From contig OZ316897.1 of NCBI GenBank assembly GCA_973895155.1, forward strand, positions 22,729,455 to 22,793,454: a DNA stretch of 64,000 nt, read 5' to 3'. The translations under genes were made by a program, and so were the position numbers. This document shows, in pieces, positions 1-13,446 of the stretch. The notes below the pieces were generated by a model. That model was not told the DNA's origin. It saw only the letters and a program-made list of their open reading frames with translations, and did no database searches. This DNA is from Marsupella aquatica. Its lineage: Eukaryota > Plantae > Marchantiophyta. Each line of letters begins with the position of its first letter. The stretch's first letter is position 1.

Positions 1-519
1 CGAAGGAATTTGATCCAATCAAAGCTCGATAAGTGTTTCAGAACAAGATTAATCCATAGCTCAGTGAGAGCGTCATTGACTGAATAGCTCAGCTAACTAT
101 CAGGCGATTTAATTTATATCATTGGGTACACGACGAAGGATCCGTCAGCTCCGGAATTGCTTTAATCTCCATCGTACGACAAGGCTAAAACACCACTTTT
201 AATTTCAAGATTTGTTCTTCGAATACAAATTTTGTGACAATTTTTCTGACAACTTATATGCAGCAGTGCTCAATTAGTTTGCAGCAGTGCTCGTCAGCTT
301 CAGAAGCAGTTTCGTTCGCTTAAACTGACAAGTTTGGTACTGCATTTCGTGAAATTCATTTCAATGACTATGGATCTGGACTCGAGAAATTGACAATGAA
401 ATTTTCTTCCGTTGTTCGTATCTACTTAATATCGATCAGATGTTGAAATGGCTGATGACAATACATAGTACGACGGAAATTCACCGAGCGATAGGGACGG
501 ATCCTTGCCAATTACCTAC

Positions 520-1168
520 CTTCGTACAAGGAGTTCGGATGGAGGAACGCTACAGCGCTCCGGTCGTTGAGCACTTCCATGAGGGGGTCCAAATCCGGGT
601 TGCCAAGATACACTCCATTCGAGTTTCCAAGCAGAATCACACCAGCTGCCTTGAGTACATCTAGCGAGTAGATGGCCTCATCAACCGCCCCCTCCACGTC
701 CGGCAACGTCAGGGTGGCGAAGAACTGGAGCCGGCCCGGGTATTCCACCGACACATCACGCCCGAACTCGTTCAATTTCCGTGCCAACTCTCTCCTCTCT
801 GCTACCTCATGCGGGGCAAAGAACACCACGCTGGGAACCGAAATTGAGAGAACGGATGTCTTGACGTTGAACTTCGATTGCTCCTCGACGTGATAGCTCG
901 GACTCCAGACTGGGATCGGTACTCCACCAGAGGTGAGGTTTCTTTTCAACAAAATATCTCTATAGAACGGAGGAACGAAGTGTGCATGCACATCTATACG
1001 CCTCGAATCAGCAGCTCGAACTCCATGATCGCCATCTCCTCCTCCATAAGTTCCTGCGCCTGCAGCTCTCACCATGAAACCATCCGGCCAGCTGAAACTG
1101 AAAATGAAAATCGCCAATTGCAACGTCAGTCTCAAGGCCCTCACCACCGCCATGGTTAGTACGACCAT
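520..1168 (-). CDS. Amidohydrolase_2 family protein (ACMSD / 6-methylsalicylate-decarboxylase-like) with N-terminal signal peptide; exon 1 only, gene continues past the left window edge
   Basis: Motifs RIDVHAHFVPP (metal-binding HxH), ARKLNE, PGRLQFFATLTLPDV, GVYLGNPDLDPLMEVLN and FLHP. Hydrophobic leader MVVLTMAVVRALRLTLQLAIFIFSFS. Splice donor GTAGGT at 519-514. Confidence 0.85.
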
Positions 1169-1227
1169 CTTACGAATAGCAACAAGTAAAATGATGGGCG
1201 TCTGCATTCGTCCTGAGTAGCTAGATG

Positions 1228-1385
1228 CTCGTCCATGTTGATCGAGATGAAGATAGTTGAATGCACGGAGATCACTCGAGAAATCAATAGATTGAGAGAG
1301 GCTCGTCCATGTTGATCGAGATGTAGATAGTTGAATGCACGGAGAACATCACTGGAGAAATCAATAGATTCAGAGAGAAGCTCGA
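1228..1385. repeat. Two-copy ~73-bp direct tandem repeat just upstream of the amidohydrolase
   Basis: gctcgtccatgttgatcgagatg(a/t)agatagttgaatgcacggaga...gagaaatcaatagatt occurs twice in tandem. Confidence 0.85.
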
Positions 1386-2058
1386 ATTGTACTCCGTTCC
1401 TGAGGTTGACACGAAATTTTTCGAGAATCCATGATGGTAGGCCACCTTCCCGAAATGAGCCTCCCTTTAATTGCAGATGAAAATTCTTCACCTAAATGAG
1501 TATTTAGAATAACAATGATTTCATTGCACATCAACAACCGACAATTAAAACTTATTTAGAATAGAATGACTCATTTAGACTAAATAATTGGAACACTCAA
1601 TGATTTAAACAGAATAATTAGAAATATCATGGTATGGTATGAAGTGCCACATTATAGTGCGTCGCAAATTGCTTAATTTGATGTGCAATTAAGGGGACAC
1701 CAAGGATGGTAAACCAAGAGGTCTGCTCTACTTTATACTTTGCCTTTATGCTTTTTCTGACAATGTTTTTCCAACTTCCCCTAAACTAATTTTTTCCAAC
1801 TGTCTTCCCCTTATGGTAACTATATGGTTGTTTCAGTCTCCCAACTCCAATGTTTTTTGGTGATTATTTTTATTTGGGCCTCTGATGGCTGGCTTCCTTG
1901 TTACTTTTGCTATCATTCTGCAAATTACTTGAACCCCCCATATATATTCCATTTATATTTCACATGATGTAGAAATTGATCGAACCCCTTTAAGTTCATT
2001 TCTTTCTCTGCCACCTTTTCTCGCCCTTAGTTGAAGGGAAAAGAAAAACTAGTATTCC

Positions 2059-2125
2059 ATGCCCGATTTGAATTCACGACTCACTACCTCAAGGACACAA
2101 CAGGACTCTTCTACCACTGCATCAC
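2059..2125 (-). mobile_element. Possible degenerate tRNA-derived SINE head
   Basis: The minus strand reads tgatgcagtggtag...gtcgtgaattcaaatc, which resembles an A-box and B-box. No TSD or tail was found. Confidence 0.25.
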
Positions 2126-3150
2126 ATAGATCTACTGTGCAAACCACGTCCCTTATATCACATTTAAAGAAATCATTTTGACATTCCCATGACCCACAAC
2201 CTCCGCTGAGCCTGCCCTCTCCTCCTTGGCACAGAGTTTGAGATTTTTTGATGGGCTTAAATTTCCATGCTCGTCATCATTGCAAGTTGTATAGTTACTT
2301 TATATAATTTCCATTATCTTGCAACAAAATTTGTATTTTAATAAATTTAGAAATGATAGTATAACTTAGGTTTTATACATATCTTCAATAAGTTGAAATA
2401 GTCAAGCTCTAGAATGATGTAGCTATATCTGACCAAGGTGGGTGAAAATCACGGAATGTATATGCACCTTCAAGCTCATTTGGCTGAGATTAATTTTTAA
2501 CCTTGCTACCTTACTTGGGGACTTACTACCTTAGTTTATAAATTTGAAAAGAAAAAAACTTATTCCCAATTAAATTTTGCGAAGGAAATTTAAGAATGTT
2601 AAAATCATTTTGATGTAAACACCGGCTTTGGGTCCATGCATTACTTTCAAATTAAAAAGTAACAAAAACAAGCAAACTTATTTTAGCCTGTGACAAGTAC
2701 TAAAGCATGTATATAAGTACTAGGGGTTCCACTAAGTAACTAATTAATATGTTCTATCGTGAAAGAGCCCTTCAAGAACAACATGATCGAATGAATTGCC
2801 CAATGTCCTGCATGCTCAATGTGCAACTGCAAGCTCTAGACCAGCGGAGTTCAATCGAGTCTGCTACAGATTTCAAGAGGTATGCATGTGCAGCCCTCGT
2901 GATACATACAGCCTCAGTCTTCAGAATCTGGATATCCTAGGCCTTTCTGGAATTGTGTTACTTTCCTTCCACTCTATGGTACCTCGCTGCGAGATCCTGA
3001 ACCACCTCAATGCGAATATATTGTTCGATAATTAAGTTGGCGTGCCTGGATACTTCTAGACCCAGCACATCAGGTTTCTGGGTGCCATATATAACAAGTC
3101 CTAAGAAAGTTGTGATTAATTATGCGCGCTTCATCTTCACGACGTTCTCG

Positions 3151-3555
3151 ATGACTCCACTTGTGGCTCTTCTGCTTCTTTGCTGTGCCGTGTTCTCTGC
3201 TGAAGCTGCAGATTGCGTTACAAACAGTACTAACGTCATTCAGACTGCCAACCTCGTGAGCGATATCAAAAGCATTGCCACTAATACTCTAAACCCGCCA
3301 CTGCCCAATCCGGTGCGAATACTTGCTTCCCAAACAAAACGCATCGAATTCCCTACATCAACCTTCTGCATTGAAAATGACTACATGGCTGAGAGTGCCC
3401 GCGTCACATTAAGCGATATCGTTTCTGCAGCTGATGCAATCGTATCTCAATGCTGTCCTGGGGCTATTTGCCAGGGAGGCAGCTCCGTTATAGTCACTCG
3501 TCCCCTCGGAGCCGTGTTATTCTTGACTATTCAGCCATATTATACGAGCTGCTAG
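3151..3555 (+). CDS. Small secreted cysteine-rich protein (134 aa), fungal effector / KP4-Ecp2-like appearance
   Basis: Intronless ORF with signal peptide MTPLVALLLLCCAVFSAEA, 6 Cys in the mature part and the segment DIVSAADAIVSQCC...CQGG. TATA-like catatataac at ~3086. Confidence 0.75.
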   Translation: MTPLVALLLLCCAVFSAEAADCVTNSTNVIQTANLVSDIKSIATNTLNPPLPNPVRILASQTKRIEFPTSTFCIENDYMAESARVTLSDIVSAADAIVSQCCPGAICQGGSSVIVTRPLGAVLFLTIQPYYTSC

Positions 3556-6500
3556 TATGCTTACACCTTCAGCCATGATCGAGATGCAGAAATCAGCACA
3601 AGCACCCTATGCACTCACTACCAGCAATAGTTGCAATGTAAGTATGGCTTCAGGCAAGGAAATTGCACTTATCACTGGTACATTGTTGTGGGTCCATTGA
3701 ATGGATGCGGCAACAATCAAAATTTCTCTATCAATGGCTAATGAGCTAGATAGGGCTGAAAGTCCTTCTTCAATATCTTTGTACTACAAATTGATTTCCT
3801 GTTTCATTGTGTGACATCATCATCATTCCACTTAGGTTTAAAACACTCCACCACAAAGTAGACATCTAGTTTAATTCGATTGGTGTCTAGAAGCAATAAT
3901 TGAGATCTCAGTTGGAGTTTTGCCCTAAAGTTTACGCTTAACTGTGGGCAAAATCTTCACACTCAGCAATGGTTTTCTGAACCAGGGTCATATAATGTTT
4001 AGATATAGAGATGAGGTGAGATAAGTGTCTCTACTCCTCGTCTGTGATATGTTGTTCTCTTTTAGAAGCCAAAGGCTTAATAATTCGATCCACAGGGTTC
4101 AATCCTTTTGACTTTTTCTTATAATTGCATGTATGATTCGTTCCTCAGATCAATAGTTTTGAACCTGAAATCGCACCTACAGAGTTTGTTCATTCTTGAT
4201 CTCATGCATGCCGGCCCCATCAATTAGATCCCCTCATTTGTTAGTAGATTATTCACTAATAAGCTACCTGTGTGCCTGGATGAGTTTCTAGAAACTGCCT
4301 AGTTAACCGTACTTGGTTTCTAGACACCCTAAGCGTTTCAGCCATGATTGTGAGAGCCAATCAACGACTGATTTCACTCACTTTGCGTTTAATTTGGCCA
4401 CAGTGATTTGCACAGGAAATTAATCCTTTTATTTGAGATCGATGAGCTGTCAGCAAACGGTCCTCCACTCTTTCCCAATCGAAGGAGAGGACAAGATGTG
4501 ATCTATTTTCAGTTGGCATTTCTCTTGTGCCAAATTAACATGCTAAAGGAAATCTATCACAAGACGGATCTCAATAATATAATCTAGAATGAATGAGATT
4601 TGTGTAAAAGGGTAAAGCTTAGATTGAGAAGTCATTCGTCGATTAAGAATGTCATGATGACAAAACTACAAAATGTGTCAATTCTTATATATATCTATCT
4701 GCAATATAGTGGATGGTAATGTCCACAGCAACTGTTTACTTTGTGCATCCATTTTGGGTATAGGAATCTATTGATTTATTTTGGTGAAGAGACTCGTATG
4801 GGAGTTTTTGTGAATTCAAAGAGTACTGTTCCTAACCAGGATCATTGAATTTCTGAACTTTGGACCCTCCTTTTGCATCCCTAAACATTCTTAGAAAAAC
4901 AGTTTTCCTCAAACAACCATAACTAAGATTGTTGCATATGATGGCCTTGTAGACAAGCCTCTAACATGGAAGTGAAGGTGAAGAACATTAACTGTCTGAT
5001 TCAATCTACACTGCTCAAAATGCATCACAAGGGTGGGCCTAGATCAAACAATTTAAAATTCCAAAGCTCTCTAAGTCTACTGAGTAGACTAGTACCCGCT
5101 CAATCCTGTGCCAATGACATGAAAAAGGGGATTGATTTGTGAATCTAGAATACAGAGGAGGTCTTGTGTGATGCAAGTAGACAGGAAATTTGCTAGCCAG
5201 GAGAGGATTGCTAGCTAAGGAGTCATGGGAGTGGTTCTTAATGCTTTTTGATTTTGGCTGACTTTTGTATGTCTAGGACTCCATATGGCTGGCAACTTTG
5301 CTAGCCAAAAGAGCAGCCTGTCCCCAAATTGGGATACTTTTGCTAGCTAAACAATCACACCAAATCTAAGATAGTACTTAAACCAAGTTTTGGCTAGCTA
5401 GGAAATAACTTTGTGAGCAAAATGGTGGATAGTGAGTGTTTTTCCCTCCGTCCTATGAGAAACAAAAGTATAATTATACTGTAAGGAAGTCTTTTTCTTG
5501 TTTTCTGTCATGATAGTACGTGACACCAATACAAAGAGAACTTATGGCTAGAGCCCATGTTGTTGGCATTGAGACCTTCAAGCCAAACACACTCAAGCCA
5601 CTAAATTCCTGTTTATCTTCCCCAAAAGTTGTCCAAGTGTCCAATATTGTCCAAGCCCTTGAACTGGCCCTTGAACCACCCAATCCTTTGAGACACTAAA
5701 TCTATACTCCTTAACCTAAATAGGTTTTCTCCAATATGATCCAGACCTTTCAAGTAGCCAGTTAAAACCTGGGACATGAAACCTATACCCGCTTCCCCCA
5801 ACTTGTGTGCAGTAGTGTGTCAGTATATTATTCACTAGACACAGTCATTAATCAGTTGCAAGTTCCTTTTCAAAACACGACCTACAGTACAGATGATTTG
5901 GATCCAAACAAAGATTTGTTGGCAAATCCTAGCTGCCAATCAAGTTTGGATCCAAACCAGGATGGTTTCAATTCCCCGGCCTGTGGTTTTCTAGGAACAT
6001 CCTAGTTATACATCTTTACCAGAGTGCCCTGATTTCTTATATACTTACTGGATGGACTAGATGATCCAAAGGACGGTGAAAAGCAACAAAAGTAGTGATC
6101 TGATATAATGGCCCCCAAGTCCATGTCAATTATTATTTTCATGACTAGAACGTACAAAGACCCAAATTAAGTTTCTTTTGTTTTCTTTCCAAATTGGAGT
6201 CAGTATTTAATAACAATTGTTGGAAATAACCTTGACTGAGATACAAATAACATTATTTTAAAATTTTCATCTGAGCTCAAACTAAGGTTTAGATGTATGG
6301 GATCCCATGCAAGCTCACACTTTCAACCAACAATTTGAACAAGGTAGTGGCATTGTGAGTTTTTTTTGGAAGCAAACTGGAGTGCCAGTTCCTTGTTATT
6401 ATGATATATCTAGACTAGCTCCAGAGTAACCAAAATCTCTGCACTTTTGTGGCACTCTGTTGTGCTATGCATTCATTGAGGGAGTATTCATATCTATCAC

Positions 6501-7797
6501 TAGACCAATGCCAGTGTGTAACACAGAAGATGTTGAGATGAGATTCAAACCAACCAAGGAGGGAAAAAGAGTAAAAATGAGGAAAAGATATCAAAGTGAG
6601 AAAACTAAGTGAGTAGTTTAGGTACTCATTGGCTAACCTAACAGCAATAAGTTCAGCAGTAATTGGCAAGCAGGGAGTCCACCCTACAATTTAGCTGGTT
6701 GCAGTGAAACCGGAGTTTTGGACATTGAATGGGATAAACTTAGTTACATTCCACCGTGGGTGAGTACAATGTGTGTATTATGTGCAAAGCTCAGATAATT
6801 GAAGGGAATGGGCTTACTCCCCTCTTTTATAGGGGGAGTGACACTTATTTCACAGTTCACGTAAGACTGCAAGAAGGGTCTCACTAAATGGACAATTAGT
6901 AAGTGCAAATTCCTCTAAGTGCCAGTACTTAATATCCATGAGATACTGATCCAAAGGATTGCACTTACTACAGTAGTTGATTAGTGGCTTAGTTTAGGTG
7001 TACAGTGCACGTTGCACATATTGGTGAGAGGCAGGGGAATGTGTGATCACATGTAGAGTGTGTTGAGGGGAATCTAACATTTAGGATAGACCAGTACTGT
7101 CAAAGAACTCACACTCCCCTGCTGTAAATTAAGCCGACATTGCTCCAAAAGCAGAGACAAACTTTCTAAGTTCATTGGTCTACAGAACTCTCCCCACATT
7201 GAGACTTTACTAGCATGAGAAAAGAGGAAGAAGTACATTTAAGAAAAGGACCAATTTCCTGAAAAAGGCCAAACAAAGTACAATCGAATAAAAGCAAACG
7301 AAATACTCCTTTGACCCTCAGTTTAAGTGATTTGGAAAGGAAAGGCAAACACAGCAAAGGTAAATTAAATCAATTTTGAGCTCCTTTTATTAATTTTTAT
7401 CAGTACCAAAATAATGAAATTTAATGGCAAAAAGAAGCAACAATGGGTAAATAGAGGAAGACGTCTAATTATTCACATGTAGGTCCCAATATATTAGTGC
7501 CCATAGGTAGCTATTGCTATAGGACTGGTCCCATTTTTTTAATATATTAGCTTACATACAATGAGGGTCCAAACGGAAATGAAGCACCCAGTCTGCCAAA
7601 GAACAAAAACAGCCAAATCTGGGTGACATGATCCTAACTGCATGAGACCCAATAAGGGGAGAAGGGGCAGGATCACAATTACATGACTCCCCAAAAAGGG
7701 GAGAAGAGACAGGATCTCAAGTACATGAGACACACAAAACGGGAGAAAACAAGAGAAATGCCCCTGAAGACCAAAGAGCCAACATTCCTGAGTTCTG

Positions 7798-7923
7798 AAT
7801 AACTACAAAAACTCAGAAATTATGCTAACCTAGGTATTATCACTGTCTAAAATTCCTGATCAAGTCGCCAATAACTACAAAGAACTTAGAATATGCTAAC
7901 CTGGGTATCATCACTATCTAAAG
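7798..7923. repeat. Two-copy ~55-bp direct repeat
   Basis: aataactacaaa..act.agaa.tatgctaacct.ggtat.atcact.tctaaa appears twice. Confidence 0.7.
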
Positions 7924-8429
7924 TAGAGACTAGATCATCCTGCGAGCAACAAGACCCACCATCCATATCTTCTAGACTGAGACTAAAGTAACGAAATTAA
8001 GACTGTCTAAATGCTCAAGCAACAGCATACAACATTCATATCTTGTAGCTGTCCAAGTACGTACTAGTAGTGCCCACTGCAAGCTCTCTAGCTCTGGATG
8101 AATGGCTGGATTAATTGAATGACAATCACTATCTTGAAAGGTTTTGATAGCAGGCGACTTTGTTAATTGATCAAGCTCTTCGGCCAGGCATGTCAAGAAG
8201 TTGGAAGGACGGGCTCATTCCCACGGAGATTCTATTCCTCTTTCAATTGTTGGGCTGTCGACAATCTTTAGAACTGCATTGAGTTGTCGGAGAGACCCTC
8301 TTCCGTCCGCCCTACATAATTATATTATGCAGATCTCGAATAATTCTTAGGACCAGTTAAGGGAAGGGATCAACGAGAACCGCACTCAACGCCCTCGATC
8401 TTCTCCAATTGAAAGAAGGATCTCCTTCT

Positions 8430-9555
8430 ATGGATGTCCCCCCAGGAGATCCCGAGGTGCAAGCTCAAGGGGCTATGATGTCTGGCCTTCTCTTACAATT
8501 GTTATACCAAATTCCTGGAGGTATTGCTCGGCAGGTCATTGCACAGTGGAAATGGTTGCCAATGGAAGCGAAGACTTGCGTAGATGCTAAGAGTTATGTA
8601 GATGCTAAGAGTTGGGTACATGCTAAGAGATGTGTAGATGCTCTTGTTAAGATATACAAGGAGATCACAGTATTGTGGGAAGCAAAGGCAATAGACCCGC
8701 AGTTACAGACGAACTTGGTCACGGAAATCAGCCAAAATCTAGCACATAGGAGGGATTGGCAAGCGTCCTTTCTTAGATGTATTGGAGGTGGTGAGAAGAT
8801 AGAGCGAAAATTGAAGCTCGAGGTGGAAATAAAGCAAAAGGAGATTAAAGTTTTACGAAGTAAAATCCAGGAGCTTGAGTGGAAGATAACTTCAACACAA
8901 AAACACCTGTTAAAGTCGATCAATGTGATGAAAGAGAATTCCAGAGTGCTAAAATCTACTTTTTGGGAGAATGAAATCGCTATCAAACGCAAATTGAAGG
9001 AGAAAGACATGTTGATGGAACTTACTCGAATGAAGGACCAGGCGGATAAGTTACAGATAAAGGAAGCACACAAACTTGGTAATCCCTTGGAATAGATTCT
9101 CCTTGAATGATGGTCCAATTCGCATACTGTTGTGCCTTGTAATATTTGTGAATCTCGGAAAGAGGCTGTGGATAGTACCTGACATCTGACTATTATCTTA
9201 CGCTTTCTGTTTAGAGTGCGATGAATTACGATTGAAGGCAGAGAAAGCGGAAGCGTTTTCGAAAGAGGTTGTTCTCAAACGCTTCCAGACAGCAGTGGAA
9301 GACACTCTGTCAAAATCTATTCAAGTTGAGAAGGACCACTCGGGGACAACTTTGCGATCATTAACACCTCTCGAAAACGAGGTTCTTCGCCAACGCTCAC
9401 AGAAAGCAGTGGAGGTTGCTCTATCAAAATCTATTCGAGTTGTGATGGACCACTCAGGAACACGTTTGCGATCGGTAACACCCCTCGAACCTGAAAGTTC
9501 TACAGTTCAATCCATTCAATCAACAGAGTCTGCAAAACTGCCGTTTTTCACATAA
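8430..9555 (+). CDS. Two-exon orphan coiled-coil protein with internal repeats (exons 8430-9078 and 9215-9555)
   Basis: A GT(9079)..TTAG(9214) phase-1 intron joins the 228-aa and 107-aa ORFs in frame (KL|ECDELRLKAEK). Heptad-rich region, a (V)DAK repeat x4 and a ~38-aa repeat x2. Confidence 0.6.
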
Positions 9556-10478
9556 GCATTTGAAGTCTACCATTATTGAGTAAACATTGACAGTGCGTAT
9601 CATTATCCATACGACGAAGCCTTTTATGCATAATTGCAAGATTTGTTGAAGTCTTGCGCGAAGGGCAGCTTTTCAAACCAAACAACCATGGACCCACATT
9701 CCATTTGATTCTTGGGTAATGAAATGTCAGGCAGAAAGCACGAGCTGCGGAGCAGGTGGGGAAAGCGACGATATGATTTTTTCTGTCAAGTTGGAGCCTG
9801 AGACGGAGTCGCAAGACAAGGAAGATCTAGAAACTGAGACGATCCTGCAAAGGGCCCAGGTGAAAGAAATGATTAAATTCGTTCGCCTCGAGTAAAAATG
9901 CATCTGAAGTCACACTTTCAGCATTAACTTATGACTATCTTCAAGCCAAAATCAAATGATCGAAGATATTCAATGATGAACAATTCATGATTCCTCCTTA
10001 CTCTGACTCTGTGTTTATTCATGAAAATCTTCAGGCAGCCATCAAAAGGGCGAGAGACAGTGGGCAATATGTGTCACCGAATGTTGCTCCGAAGCCCCAG
10101 GGTGACGAGGAAACTGCTTCTGTGCGAAATGAAAGAAAGAAGACAAGGGTAACGTAGATTTGGAATGGCTAGCCGTGGACCGAATCATGATAAAACACGT
10201 GCAATTGATGATGTTATATGGGCTGCAGCATTTGTTCCGTGAACACGAGAACGCCATTTCTTGGCGAATTGCGACAGTTTCGTCTACCTGTAGGCTCATG
10301 AACAGTAAGTGCTGTAGCTGACAAGGAGAATTAAGCAACGGTGGCATGTCACGGACGGAGCCTACAGCTCGAAGACTTTTCGAATCGAAGGACAGGGTAG
10401 AAAGACCAATGACAATGCGTGGGCGACAGTATGCGTTCGTCTTTCCTTCTCAGACGATCTTACTCTTAATTAAAATCA

Positions 10479-11120
10479 CTTTTTTTTGCCTTGAAACCCA
10501 GGGGACGTCTTGCTTTGGAGCATGTATTTTTATGTTTGGTATGTATTTTTATGTTAGGTAGCCACAAGGGGACAATACCCAGCCGACTTCTTGCTTTGGA
10601 GCATGTATTTCTATGTAAGGCAGCCACATGGGGACTTCTTGCTTTGGAGCATGTATTTCTATGTACGGCAATCACAAGGGGACAATACTGAAGGGACTTC
10701 TTGCTTTGGAGCATGTATTTCTATGTAGGGCAGTCACAAGGGGACAATACCTAGGGATCAAGACAATACCCAGGGGGCAGGGGACCTCTTGCTTTGGAGC
10801 ATGTATTTCTATGTAGGGCAGCCACAAGGAAACAATACCCAGGGGACTTCTTGCTTTGGAGCATGTATTTCTATGTAGGGCAGCCACAAGGGAACAATAT
10901 CAGATAGGGACCCAAACCAGGAGGGAGTATTAAACCAGAACCCAAAGTGGGCAACCAGGGTAACCGTTGAGGAGATAATCAATACTCCCACCACTACACC
11001 CCACTCACACATACACACATACCCTCCACACTCCTTATATGTTGAGGGAGGATTGAACCTGGGACCTCTATGTTCTAGGACCTCTATGTTCTAGGCTCAT
11101 CCTCTGACAAAGCCAGTTGG
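10479..11120 (-). mobile_element. tRNA-derived SINE with internal VNTR, poly(A) tail and 13-bp TSD
   Basis: TSD ttaattaaaatca at 10466-10478 and 11121-11133. T8 at 10480-10487 is the minus-strand poly(A). B-box GGTTCAATCC on the minus strand at ~11051-11060. A second copy lies at 13.4-13.6 kb. Confidence 0.7.
10497..10900. repeat. ~60-bp VNTR, 6 copies, inside the SINE
   Basis: Core ttgctttggagcatgtatt at ~10510, 10591, 10639, 10701, 10789 and 10851, usually followed by ctatgtagggcagccacaaggggacaatac. Confidence 0.9.
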
Positions 11121-13446
11121 TTAATTAAAATCATTTTTGTAAAGTACCCAATCAAGCTTTGAGCATGTGTGGTTATGGGATTGCTAGGGGTTTATTCATT
11201 GTGGAAGTTGCTAGGGGTTTATTCATTGTGGAAGTTGTGCGTTGAGATAACTAATTGCCTTCTTGTGCCTTGAGATAACAAATTGCCTAAACTTAAGTTA
11301 AAGTGATGGGGCCCTGAAAATGGCCCCAGAATGTATTGTCAAATGTATTGTAGAGAATGGCCTAGACTGTATTCTAAACCAAATTGTATACTATATTGTT
11401 TAGCCTATTGTGACCACATACCGGTTTGGTCAGTTGGTCAGTGCCTTGGTGGTAAGAAAGTTAATTATCTGAGCAACTTCTTGGAGTTATGGGCTTATGG
11501 CTACAGTCCTGTCGGGTGTTCAGTCACAGTCTGTGGGTTTTCACTTTTCAGGCACTAATAAGCAGTGGGTGGAGTAGCTACGTTTGACATAATTAATTTG
11601 ACAGAAACTAGCAGTTGTACAGTTTGGACAAGATTGGATAGCAGTAACGTTAACTTCTCGTATAGGTTACGTTCCGGCGGGGACTAGCAGGGAAGGGACG
11701 ACGTCCTGTCCAACGATGCATGTGTGAACAGAATTATTCAAGGAGTTCTGCTCAGAACTACAAACTTGAATTGTTAATGTAACGCTACTGCGACTACCAA
11801 CTTATAATCGGATATTGAGCTTGCATCAAAAGTGTTCGATAGGCCGTAACGAGCCTACATCCACATAATTCTTTTGACATGGACCGTGGGTTTCGTTTGA
11901 TCTGTTTTCTTTTTTTTCACTTTTTGCATGGCATTTTATTCCAGGTTTTTTCATCATCCGTTTCGTGATGGAGAGGTTCATTTATGGATGTATACTGCTC
12001 GTAGGTGTGTTCTTCTATCGTCGGAGAAGATTCAGGCTTCATTAATCATGAGGGTGGCCCTGATCGGCTACAGCTTAGGTGAAATGCCCCGGGTAAAGCG
12101 ACGTTGTGCGCGAGGTTAAATCCTATCTCGACATGTTAGTTTCTGCACATATAGGTGGTGACTTCTTTTGGTGTTATGATTTCAGCTCTAGTTGGTTCAA
12201 AAGCCTTTTCAATGAAATGCTCTATTGCAACTCCCTGAGCACTGAGAAGTCCAAGAAGCAAGTCCAGGAAATCGAGTCATTAAATCGTACATCGAGGAAC
12301 CGAACTACATTATTTAGGCACCTACGTACATCCGGGCCTACGTCGAGACACCGACAGAGACATCGAAACACCTACATCCAGGCACCGACATCGAGACACC
12401 TGCATTTACCTTAGGCCAATAGAGTCATCGAGACACCTCCAATAGAACATTTGCTTAGGCCATCGAGTCATCCAGAAACTTCTCAGTCAAATCCAATCAT
12501 GCAATATGATGGTCCCGATGTTGGTTGCAAGTTCGGTAAACAAGTAAATCTCTCACGAAAAGTTCGGCCACCATTTCTTACAGTAACACAAACATATATA
12601 TGTCCATCATAACAAATTCTTAGCATACTAGCTTGAGAACCTGATTCGCCCACCTGTTAGGGTTATTTGAGCAGCCATGCAGATGTTCCTGTTGTTCGCG
12701 ATAAGGGCGTAGGGTTCGCTGAGAATACCGAAAATCTCAACTGGATGAATCGAAATTTCAAGCGCCGCGATTCCCTGAGATTAAAAGTGTCCTTTCACCA
12801 CGACAGTCTCGAGAACCCGAGAAATTGCGGGCGAACGCTCAGGCGAACATTAGTGACAGGAATTCTGAGATTTTCACCTCCACATCAGAGGCGAATACCC
12901 GCTGGCCAGGACTCTACGGCTGCTCCCCAAAAAATGCTTCCTCCGATCTGGTTTTCACTGGTCGATCATGTTAGACTGTCACAAGAATTGAACGTACTTT
13001 CGTGTGACAAGTTTGTTGAAAAAATCCAATGATGTCCATGTACGCAGCTACCAAGTGCTAGACACCACTCTGTGTACGATCTTTAGTCCAGCTCCACTGC
13101 CCGGATTCTTAGGGAGCGGTCCTCCTTGTGCATATGTTTACGTTGTGCTCCACTCCTTCAGCTACGGTTGCTTTTTTTGTGGCCACAGTTTTGTACCTTA
13201 GTCTTTGTCTCTTGCCTGCGTTACCTTTAGGCACATGTATTTAGATGGGCTCCCCGGCTGGGCACCTCCTTTCATTCTTCATATGGATCAAAAAATATCC
13301 GGACCTCAAAGTTTATAAAGTTTACAACTCGCACGAGATTCTAACAGAAGATGAGAGGATTCATATATATCTTCAACCATTTCAAACTCTTCCTATGTAT
13401 TAGAAGCGCAGCTGTACGAGGACACTAAATCGGATTCTCTTGCCAA

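Noticed and set aside
10497-10900. Regularly spaced repeats resembling a CRISPR array (also 35850-36290 and 61430-61830)
   Set aside because: The intervening sequences are themselves repeated rather than unique spacers, the context is eukaryotic and no cas genes are present.
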